Shown: one piece after another, positions 56,606 to 64,000 of the stretch
Layout of the letters: each line of letters begins with the position of its first letter
How positions within the stretch are numbered: the first letter of the stretch is position 1
Source of the DNA: a virus
Lineage: Duplodnaviria > Caudoviricetes
Reading direction: 5' to 3' (one strand)
IMG/VR virus record: IMGVR_UViG_3300028048_003175
Coordinates: 33,849-97,848 of that record
Length of the DNA: 64,000 nucleotides
The notes under the pieces: model-generated
The model's input: the letters and a program-made list of their open reading frames with translations, nothing else
Databases searched by the model: none
Told to the model about the DNA's origin: nothing
Made by a program: the position numbers and the translations under genes

Positions 56606-58594
56606 ATGAGTAAAAAAGAGAAAGCCGTCAATGCCGGCACAGTAAAGAGAATCCCATTAAAGGAAATCGTTCCGAGTAAGAATAACCCCCGTAAGACGTT
56701 CAACCCCGACGAGCTGAACGAATTGGCTGAGTCCATCAAGGAGAATGGTCTGCTGCAGCCTATCACCGTCCGTCCTATCAAAGAGGCAGAGGATGAGTTT
56801 GCCAAGTACGAGATTGTCTGTGGTGAGCGCCGCTATCGTGCCACTCAGTTGACAGGTTCTTTGGAAATAGACTGTATCATCAAGGAACTCGATGACAAGC
56901 AGGCTCTTACTGCCATGATTTTCGAGAACATGCAGCGTAAGGACGTTGACCCCATGGAGGAAGCCAATGCCATCGACCGCCTGGTCAACGAGTTCGGAAC
57001 TGATGTGTCGCAGGTTGCCAAGATGCTCGGTAAGAGCGAGACATTTGTCCGTAGCCGTTTGCGCCTCAATGGCACTATCCCAGAGTTTGTCGACCTCATG
57101 CAGAATGGTCCGCTGGTGCTGACCCATTTGCTGGAAATCAGCAAGCTCCCTGCCGACCAGCAGAAAGTCCTCTATGAGGCTTGCTTCACTCCGGAGTGCA
57201 TCGCTCGTTGGAAGTACAAGTTCCCGAATATCCCAGAGCTGAAGGAAATGATTGACGCTAACGTTATGATGAAACTCGACACGGCAAAGTTCCCATTAAG
57301 TGACGAGACATTCTACGGCTTTGCTGAGGGAGAGCTTCTTCCGGCATGTGCCAAGTGTCCGCTCAACACCGCCAACGATCCGTCTGGTACAGGGGACGTA
57401 ACCTCGCCACGATGCATCAAGCGTGACTGCTTCATGCTGAAGACAGTGCAGCACATCATCCGTGAGGCAAAGCGTCAGCCTGCAGGCACGGAGATTGTCT
57501 ATGCTGGTACCGAGGAAGAGAACGAGAAAATCCTCGCCTTTGCACGTGCTCATGAGGTGGAGGTCATACCTATCGGCATCCGCAAGACGGTCATCGACCC
57601 AGAACCACCCAAGCGTGAGGACTTCACGGAGGAAGAGTTCTACCTCAAGCGCCATCAGACGTGGTCTCATCAGAAAGCTATCTTCGATATCGGTGTCAAG
57701 GACGGCAACATCGTCCCAGTGTATGAGATTGCTTTCAATGGTCATCTGTCGGGAGAGCTGAAGTATGTCTATAACGTCAAGGACGAGGAAATGGGCCTCA
57801 ACCAGGAGTCTCGCCAGATGCGTCAAGAGCAGACGATGAAGTACAAGGCTCAGTTGACGGAGCTGACCGACAAGCGCCACGATGAGAAGATTGAGCGTTA
57901 CCGCAAGGCTGTCGAGGAAGGCGACTACAGCAAGCTCAACACCGCCATGGGAGCCACCGAGAACGACGTGTTCATCGCCCTCATGCTGATGCACCTGTCA
58001 TACGACTTCAAGCAGAAGCTGGGCCTGGAGTGGACTACCGACCGTGACTTCCTCAAGAACTATAAAGACGTGCTGCAGAAGAACCGCAACGCCATCAAGC
58101 GTGAGTTCATCCGCCAGTCGCTTGCTGAGAAGTCCGTGAACTTCGCCAAAGGTCTGCAGGGCATCCTCGAAATCTTCGTCAGCGACCAGTTCCCACAGGT
58201 CAAGGAGACTATCACCAAGGAGCTTGACGACAAGTACGCCAAGCAGCGTGACAACCTCCGCAAGAAGATCGAGGACCTGAAAGGTGACGTGAAGAAAGTG
58301 CGTGAGGCTGAGGAAAAGGCAAAGAAGCAGGCAGAAGCCAAGGAGGAAGCACCAGCCGAGGCTCCTGCTGAGTCACCAGAGCCAGCTCCGGAAGTTGAGG
58401 CTCCTGCAGAAGAACAGGCAACTGTCGAGCAGCCCGAGACCACAGGTGCCGTAGTCATTGACGGTGTCAAGGTTGCTGAGGTCAACCACGTTGACGCTAC
58501 TGAGCCAGAGCAGGAAGCTCCAGCAGAGCAGGAGGCTGAGCCTGCAAAGGAAGAGAAGAAGACCAAGAAGAATAAGAAGGGCGGTAAGAAATAA
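56606..58594 (+). CDS. parB: ParB/Spo0J-family protein (long form with Cys cluster)
   Basis: NPRKTF, ELAESIKENGLLQPITVR, CGERRYRA, ENMQRKDV, HTH VAKMLGKSETFVRSRL; CAKC...C...C cluster. Confidence 0.88.
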   Translation: MSKKEKAVNAGTVKRIPLKEIVPSKNNPRKTFNPDELNELAESIKENGLLQPITVRPIKEAEDEFAKYEIVCGERRYRATQLTGSLEIDCIIKELDDKQALTAMIFENMQRKDVDPMEEANAIDRLVNEFGTDVSQVAKMLGKSETFVRSRLRLNGTIPEFVDLMQNGPLVLTHLLEISKLPADQQKVLYEACFTPECIARWKYKFPNIPELKEMIDANVMMKLDTAKFPLSDETFYGFAEGELLPACAKCPLNTANDPSGTGDVTSPRCIKRDCFMLKTVQHIIREAKRQPAGTEIVYAGTEEENEKILAFARAHEVEVIPIGIRKTVIDPEPPKREDFTEEEFYLKRHQTWSHQKAIFDIGVKDGNIVPVYEIAFNGHLSGELKYVYNVKDEEMGLNQESRQMRQEQTMKYKAQLTELTDKRHDEKIERYRKAVEEGDYSKLNTAMGATENDVFIALMLMHLSYDFKQKLGLEWTTDRDFLKNYKDVLQKNRNAIKREFIRQSLAEKSVNFAKGLQGILEIFVSDQFPQVKETITKELDDKYAKQRDNLRKKIEDLKGDVKKVREAEEKAKKQAEAKEEAPAEAPAESPEPAPEVEAPAEEQATVEQPETTGAVVIDGVKVAEVNHVDATEPEQEAPAEQEAEPAKEEKKTKKNKKGGKK

Positions 58595-58616
58595 CCGCTC
58601 TCCTTATCATCCATGC

Positions 58617-58648
58617 AAAGGGTGGGGACAATTTGTCTCTACCCTTTT
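58617..58648 (+). terminator. Intrinsic terminator
   Basis: AAAGGGTGGGGACA...TGTCTCTACCCTTTT. Confidence 0.75.
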
Positions 58649-58674
58649 ATTGTATGCAGCTCATCATCCGCACT

Positions 58675-58797
58675 GGGTTGCATATTTGATTAACAACGTT
58701 TAACGAAAAAAGAGCCGTTAAAACTTGCATATTTGATTATTTCTTTGTATCTTTGTATTGCAAATAAGATAATAATCAATTCTAAAACGGAACAATT
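58675..58797 (+). promoter_or_regulatory. Repeated promoter/operator element, copy 4
   Basis: Invariant 23-mer at 58733-58755. Confidence 0.88.
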
Positions 58798-59064
58798 ATG
58801 AAAGCAATTTTTCAGATCGACGAGAACTTCAAGGACACCCACAAGTCAGAGTTCGTAACCTTTGAAGGCTGGGACGGCAAGAGCTATAATGGTGAGGGCT
58901 GCAACGCCACCGTATTCATCCACAAGCAGAACGGCAAGCGTTACGTCCGTACATACAATCGCGGATGGCGCTGCTACCATGAAATCCTCAGTGAGAAGCA
59001 CCCAGTATCTGGAGCTTACAAGTTGGAAACCTGCGCTTTTATGAGTGACAGCCTCAATAAGTAA
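58798..59064 (+). CDS. Hypothetical early protein
   Basis: First ORF after copy 4. Confidence 0.7.
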   Translation: MKAIFQIDENFKDTHKSEFVTFEGWDGKSYNGEGCNATVFIHKQNGKRYVRTYNRGWRCYHEILSEKHPVSGAYKLETCAFMSDSLNK

Positions 59065-59087
59065 TCATCATCTAATACAGGACAATT

Positions 59088-59783
59088 ATGAAAAAGCAAG
59101 GTTTTTTAGTACAGGAAATGTGCGGCCTCCAAGAGGTTAGCGAGTGCATCAACGACTGGCGCAGCCAAGGTTGCCGTTTCGTATTCAAGATGAATGGCAA
59201 GGCCGATGAAAATCATTCTATCATCTACAGTCTCTATACCTATGGTGACCTGCCCGGGGATATGGCGGAGTTCTGGAGTGATATGGACGAAGAAATGTGG
59301 AATGATGAGCCGGAGTACAAAGTATTGAAGAAATGGTGGGAAAATGAGTACGACCCCAAGAATCTACGTGTCTATGTGGTACTAAAGGAGCGAGCTGAAA
59401 TGTTGGTCGAAGCCCTTGATAAAGCCGGAGTCAAGCACGGCGAGATAAAGAACGAGGGAGGCTTTTCCCCACAACGCTATAACTACTACGTGGAAGTTCC
59501 CGACGAGGGCGGAGCCCACTATCTGGAAGAACTGATCCATATGAACTGCAATCTGGAACTGATTGAGAAATTCATCATCGTAGAAGACCAAATCGGCAAG
59601 CTGATGAAGCAGCACAATCCAGATGACATCATTACGATATTGACAGGTCCCCACGCGGGAGAGAAAATCACCTACCGGGAGTGGAGGGAAAGGATTGCGC
59701 CCATCATAAGGAATATCCATAGCTGTATGGAAGCGATGAGTAATGGCAAAGGTTCACAGGGAGTAACATGGGAGGAAGTATAA
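59088..59783 (+). CDS. Hypothetical protein
   Basis: 231-aa ORF. Confidence 0.7.
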   Translation: MKKQGFLVQEMCGLQEVSECINDWRSQGCRFVFKMNGKADENHSIIYSLYTYGDLPGDMAEFWSDMDEEMWNDEPEYKVLKKWWENEYDPKNLRVYVVLKERAEMLVEALDKAGVKHGEIKNEGGFSPQRYNYYVEVPDEGGAHYLEELIHMNCNLELIEKFIIVEDQIGKLMKQHNPDDIITILTGPHAGEKITYREWRERIAPIIRNIHSCMEAMSNGKGSQGVTWEEV

Positions 59784-59784
59784 T

Positions 59785-60741
59785 ATGGCAGCATTTGAGA
59801 AAGAAATAATCCGCCTCGACGACAATACGATGGCCGAGGCGGTCGCGCCCGAAATCATCAGCGCGAGCAGGAGAACTGACATTCCGGCTTTCTATGCTGA
59901 CTGGATGATGAACAGGCTGATGCGTGGCTACTGCGACTGGCAGAACCCCTTCAGCCAGCAGATACAACATGTCAGCTTTGCTAAGACGAAGTTCATCGTG
60001 TTCTGGTCGAAGAACCCAGGTCCGATGATACCGATGTTGCAGCGTATCTACAATATGGGAATACGTTTCTATTTCCAGCACACCCTCAACAACTACGAAA
60101 AGGAGGGCATGGAGCCGAACCTGCCATCGTTCCAAGAACGCTGTGCCATCTTCCGCCGCATCGCGGAGGAATGGGGGCGTGGCAGGCAGGTATGGCGGTG
60201 GGACCCCATCTTCCTCATCGACGGGGTGCTGACGATCGACGAGATTGTGAAGCGTATTGTCGAAACCCATTCCTGGCTTGACACTTTTCCTCAGAAGCTG
60301 GTCATCAGCTTTGCCGACATCAAGAGCTATCGCAAGGTGAACTATAACCTGCAGGGTACTGGCGTCCGCGAGCTGACTGCCGACGAGCAAAGGGAGTTCG
60401 CTGACAAGCTCATGAGCAAGCTGTCCGGAAGGAGTCTGAAAGTAGCCACCTGCAGCGAGAAGGTTGACCTCAGTGAGTTCGGCATCCAGCATAACGCCTG
60501 CATCGATCCAGAGCTGATTTCCTCTTTCGCTACACAGGACGATGATTTCGCCCAGCGAGTCTTGAAGATGGGTAAGGACAAGGGACAGCGTGACTGCTGC
60601 CTCTGTACCATCGCAAAGGACATCGGTACTTATAACACCTGCGCTCATGGGTGTAAATACTGCTACGCGAATACAACACCAGAGTCCGCAATGCAGCGAT
60701 ATCTGGAGAGACGGGGCACGATACAGCCCAGCCTCCTTTGA
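59785..60741 (+). CDS. DUF1848-family radical-SAM-like protein
   Basis: IISASRRTDIPAFY, FWSKNP, WRWDPI, C-terminal DIGTYNTCAHGCKYCYAN (CxxxCxxC). Confidence 0.88.
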   Translation: MAAFEKEIIRLDDNTMAEAVAPEIISASRRTDIPAFYADWMMNRLMRGYCDWQNPFSQQIQHVSFAKTKFIVFWSKNPGPMIPMLQRIYNMGIRFYFQHTLNNYEKEGMEPNLPSFQERCAIFRRIAEEWGRGRQVWRWDPIFLIDGVLTIDEIVKRIVETHSWLDTFPQKLVISFADIKSYRKVNYNLQGTGVRELTADEQREFADKLMSKLSGRSLKVATCSEKVDLSEFGIQHNACIDPELISSFATQDDDFAQRVLKMGKDKGQRDCCLCTIAKDIGTYNTCAHGCKYCYANTTPESAMQRYLERRGTIQPSLL

Positions 60742-60771
60742 AGCCGGAGTTTATAGCCATTTGTTCCGGTT

Positions 60772-60800
60772 AGGCCGTGGGGAAGCTCACGGCTTTCTTT
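60772..60800 (+). terminator. Intrinsic terminator
   Basis: AGGCCGTGGG-GAAG-CTCACGGCTT plus TCTTT. Confidence 0.7.
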
Positions 60801-60809
60801 GTGCCTGCT

Positions 60810-60941
60810 GGTTTGCAAATATGATTAACAACATTTAACGGCTAAGATTAAAAATATATCCGTAATTTCTTGCATATTTGATTATTTCTTTGTATCTTTG
60901 CTTATGCAAATAAGATAATAATCAATTCAACGGAACAACTT
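60810..60941 (+). promoter_or_regulatory. Repeated promoter/operator element, copy 5
   Basis: Invariant 23-mer at 60878-60900. Confidence 0.88.
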
Positions 60942-61262
60942 ATGAACGTCAAGAAACTTTTCTTCGCAAACAAGAAGCGCATCGCCATTAACACTGCGCT
61001 TGTTGAGTCACACTGCCAGTACAATCCTGACATTCGTGATATCGTAACAAAGTATGCCAGTCATGCTGGTGTCATCACAGAAGAGAACTATGCCGCCACA
61101 ATGCGCTGGATCCACGAACGCCCATTGGAGTTCATCGATGCAGCCTGCGGTTGGTTCTGGGTGAACGTCGCCAAGACCTATAAGGGTAAGGCTATCAGCT
61201 TTATTTTCGCTGAGAGACACGAAATGAGAGTCAAGGTTGGTCGTAACTTCAATAACAACTAA
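60942..61262 (+). CDS. Hypothetical early protein
   Basis: First ORF after copy 5. Confidence 0.7.
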   Translation: MNVKKLFFANKKRIAINTALVESHCQYNPDIRDIVTKYASHAGVITEENYAATMRWIHERPLEFIDAACGWFWVNVAKTYKGKAISFIFAERHEMRVKVGRNFNNN

Positions 61263-61274
61263 ACATTTACGGAT

Positions 61275-61538
61275 ATGGTATTACTCAATGCACAAGAGAT
61301 TGCAGGCCTCACACTTCAAGAGGCTTACATCTACCAAGAAAGAATGAATAGCAGACTAGCTATCGCAGACTGCAAGCTGAGAAAGGTATCTGAATGTATC
61401 AAGGACCAGGAGAAGCGTCGCACTCCCCATCGGACTTATCGGAAAGACAGGGAAAAGCTGCTTCGTGAAAACAAGAAGCATCTGGAGGAACTTTACCTCA
61501 TCCTTACAGACCACATAGAAGAATTAGAATTATCATGA
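61275..61538 (+). CDS. Helical hypothetical protein
   Basis: Packed ORF. Confidence 0.6.
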   Translation: MVLLNAQEIAGLTLQEAYIYQERMNSRLAIADCKLRKVSECIKDQEKRRTPHRTYRKDREKLLRENKKHLEELYLILTDHIEELELS

Positions 61539-61539
61539 T

Positions 61540-62001
61540 ATGAAAGAAAATGCTGAAAAGATCGCGAACCTCAAGAAATGCCGCGAGGAATACTTAGCCA
61601 AAATGGATGACTGCGAGGTGGTCATCTTCCAATGGAAAAGCGGAGGGCGTGGAGGTATCGGCAATCCGGAAATGAAGAAGAAGATACTCCAGTTCTGTGC
61701 CGATGAAGCCCAGAGGCAGATTGACATGCTGGAGGGCAAGGAACCCGAGAAGTTCCATGTTGCGCTGCTGTTCGGAGAATATGCCGTGCAGGAGTATGAG
61801 AACGGAGGTGTTGATGGCCTCAACGACTGGCTAAAGGGTGAGGAGTTTCCTGACCTCGACATTCGGGAAAGACATTTTGACAGCAAAGAGCTGATGCAGG
61901 CTTACCTCGACGGCATCAACGAGTTTGCTGGTGACGAAAGAGCGCCTGGTGACTGGTGTGTTATGGACTATGACGATTTAAACAAGCTGAAATATGAGTG
62001 A
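61540..62001 (+). CDS. Hypothetical protein
   Basis: Packed ORF. Confidence 0.65.
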   Translation: MKENAEKIANLKKCREEYLAKMDDCEVVIFQWKSGGRGGIGNPEMKKKILQFCADEAQRQIDMLEGKEPEKFHVALLFGEYAVQEYENGGVDGLNDWLKGEEFPDLDIRERHFDSKELMQAYLDGINEFAGDERAPGDWCVMDYDDLNKLKYE

Positions 62002-62311
62002 CGAGCACAGATTTGAAATGCTGCAGATATTCCGTGGGATGCTGCAGGACGGACACATTTACATTTTTGAGAAGCGACGCACTGGTAAGGTGCTAAACAT
62101 CTACCATATCAAGGTATATGGCATCCACATGGGCGTCTGGGACTTTACCCCTCTCATGCTCCACATGCTGGAAGTAAAGGGTGACGACTTGAAGGTTTAC
62201 TCCAAGCTGGAGTTCGTCAAGATGGTCTGCAAGGCCATCGAGAAGCTGGGCTACCCACTTCCTGGGAAGAACTACGAAACGATTTCTGATAATATTAGAT
62301 GGCTTGAATAA
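61994..62311 (+). CDS. Hypothetical protein
   Basis: Overlaps neighbours. Confidence 0.6.
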   Translation: MSDEHRFEMLQIFRGMLQDGHIYIFEKRRTGKVLNIYHIKVYGIHMGVWDFTPLMLHMLEVKGDDLKVYSKLEFVKMVCKAIEKLGYPLPGKNYETISDNIRWLE

Positions 62312-62943
62312 TGGACTACATCACAAAAGAAACTATCGCTGAGGCTCGCAAAGCCTTAGAGCAAGATGACTATGTGGCTTTCTTCGAGGCTTTCGGCTTC
62401 AAGGTAAACACTGATATTCACATCGGGCAAGTAGAAGAACCGAACGGCATCGAACTGGAGTCATACACCGATGCCGGTGGTGACATGATAACCACTATCG
62501 ATGTCACTGATGACTGGAAGCAAGACTTCCGTGATTATGTGGAGAACTTCGACCTCGATAACGAGGTTACGCTATGGTGGCCAAACGGACAGCCTGGCAA
62601 GGGAGTACCCTTCGACAATATCCGTGACCATTACAATGATTTGGAAGAATGGCTCGACTGGATGAAGGATATCGCTCGTATCATGGACGGTAAGGATCCT
62701 CTGCAGGATGAGAACGGCAACTGCCCCTCTGAGGAAGAAGTCAAGGCTGTCAAGAAGTGGGTGTATTTCACTTCCAACTATCCCAACGACCTCATCGAAA
62801 AGGTCTGGGGAGAGGGATGGTTCGCCGACCACATCAAAGAGAAGTTCTATGAGGCAAAGGACTTCAATACCTTCTTTCGCGAGCTTGACAGCGAGAACCA
62901 GGAGAAGCTGACCCGTTTTGTACTTACCAACTATGAACCGTAA
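62311..62943 (+). CDS. Acidic hypothetical protein
   Basis: TAATG-coupled; Asp/Glu-rich. Confidence 0.7.
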   Translation: MDYITKETIAEARKALEQDDYVAFFEAFGFKVNTDIHIGQVEEPNGIELESYTDAGGDMITTIDVTDDWKQDFRDYVENFDLDNEVTLWWPNGQPGKGVPFDNIRDHYNDLEEWLDWMKDIARIMDGKDPLQDENGNCPSEEEVKAVKKWVYFTSNYPNDLIEKVWGEGWFADHIKEKFYEAKDFNTFFRELDSENQEKLTRFVLTNYEP

Positions 62944-62947
62944 GGAT

Positions 62948-63412
62948 ATGGCTCAGCAAGAAGAAACCACCCTCCAGCGTATCGAGCGACTGTCACAATG
63001 CCATCCGTCAGAGTGCCATTGCGCACGCTGTCAGCAGATGTGCCATGTGCCTTGCCTCGGTACGCCAGAGGATATCGAGAAACTGGTGGATGCCGGCTAT
63101 GCCGACAGGCTCAGACCAACAGAGTGGCTGGTGGCCAGCCTCATCGGACTGGCTGACGGTCCCATCAGTATGATACAGCCCGAAGTAGTGGATGGCTGGT
63201 GTACGTTCTACCACAATGGTCTTTGTGAGCTGCATGACAAGGGCTTGAAGCCAACGGAAGGCAGGCTATCCCGACACGATGACGTAGAGACTCATGGCAA
63301 AATACCTCTGGAGAACAATGTAGCCTTCCTTGTTGCCAAGGAATGGATAAAAGACGAGAACTTCTATACAATATTAAGAATGTGTGACAAAATTAAGAAA
63401 CAACTGAAATGA
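62948..63412 (+). CDS. Cys-cluster protein (YkgJ-like)
   Basis: CHCARCQQMC..PC, CTFY...CELH...KP. Confidence 0.6.
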   Translation: MAQQEETTLQRIERLSQCHPSECHCARCQQMCHVPCLGTPEDIEKLVDAGYADRLRPTEWLVASLIGLADGPISMIQPEVVDGWCTFYHNGLCELHDKGLKPTEGRLSRHDDVETHGKIPLENNVAFLVAKEWIKDENFYTILRMCDKIKKQLK

Positions 63413-63705
63413 GAGGCTATTTATGTTTCCCTGTAGTGCATTTTAAGCACAAAGGCAAGAAAAAGAAGCAGGAACTTCTATCAAACAACCTCCCTCACAT
63501 CATCGACATTGATGACTGGTGGGACTACTGGTTCAAAATCGGGAAGTACACCTATCAGCTATGCGGTGACTGCGAGAAAAAGAAACGTCTGTTCCGCAAT
63601 CTGGTTATCTACGTCTATCCGGCCAAAGACGACTACACAGACGATGACCGCATAGGGGAAATCAGAGAAGGAATAACCATATCATTTGAACCTCGTAAAG
63701 ATTAG
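63409..63705 (+). CDS. Hypothetical protein
   Basis: ATGA-coupled. Confidence 0.6.
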   Translation: MRGYLCFPVVHFKHKGKKKKQELLSNNLPHIIDIDDWWDYWFKIGKYTYQLCGDCEKKKRLFRNLVIYVYPAKDDYTDDDRIGEIREGITISFEPRKD

Positions 63706-63709
63706 TATT

Positions 63710-64000
63710 ATGGCAAATATTCTTGTAACCAACGTAAACGGTGAGGGCGAGAACGTCCTCATCATGACCGAGGAGCCATTGAGCGCTCTGACTGTTGCCT
63801 TTGCCCTGACTCATAAGAAACAGACCTTTACCGAGGTCTATCCCATCAAGGACGAGGAACGGCAGTATTATTGCTTCGATCCTCTCTGGATGAAGAAGGA
63901 AACGGTTGAGAACACTCACCGTCTGGCCCAGGAGTTCACTGATGCCAACCCTAAAGGAAGTAAACTGTATGAAGAAATAAAAAGAAAGTGCGCACTATGA
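63710..64000 (+). CDS. Hypothetical protein
   Basis: ATG at 63710; TGA at the last three bases of the window. Confidence 0.6.
   Translation: MANILVTNVNGEGENVLIMTEEPLSALTVAFALTHKKQTFTEVYPIKDEERQYYCFDPLWMKKETVENTHRLAQEFTDANPKGSKLYEEIKRKCAL

Noticed and set aside
38297-60941. Five repeats read as a CRISPR array or integron attC sites
   Set aside because: They are kilobases apart, contain promoter boxes and lead directly into ATGs; no cas or integrase gene and no attC-type structure is present.
1-64000. Stop-codon reassignment, tRNA or rRNA genes
   Set aside because: Genes tile densely under the standard code with TAA, TAG and TGA all used as stops; no cloverleaf or rRNA-like sequence was noticed in the short gaps.

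Overview
A 64-kb segment of a tailed (siphovirus-like) phage or prophage of a Bacteroidales, probably Prevotella-like, host. The host inference rests on TAnnTTTG -7 promoter boxes and A-rich, SD-less start contexts. Nearly all genes lie on the + strand and use the standard code. 1-20.4 kb holds the end of an SNF2-type helicase, a tandem-HTH regulator, large terminase, tail genes, tape measure, ClpP-type prohead protease/scaffold, major capsid, probable tail tube, portal and adaptor. 20.4-30.6 kb is an intact-looking diversity-generating retroelement (DGR): a 2836-aa virion protein with a C-terminal variable repeat (VR), a GC hairpin, a template repeat (TR) differing from the VR only at adenines, and a YCDD reverse transcriptase. 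No avd gene is present, and the RT carries an extra ~107-aa C-terminal domain. 30.6-38.3 kb is a lysis region (amidase, holin, spanin-like) interrupted by a separately promoted operon encoding Pfs/MtnN, LuxS, MetK and a lipoprotein. This gives the phage a complete SAH-to-AI-2-precursor route plus SAM synthesis, the most striking observation in the window. 38.3-64 kb holds about 50 short early-type genes in five transcription units, each opened by a copy of the same ~130-bp promoter/operator element behind a terminator. These include a catalytically incomplete N6-MTase, a TrpF-like barrel, a beta-clamp-like fragment, ParB and a DUF1848 radical-SAM-like protein. No tRNA, rRNA, CRISPR array or integrase was seen. 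All family assignments come from motif recognition by eye, not from database searches.
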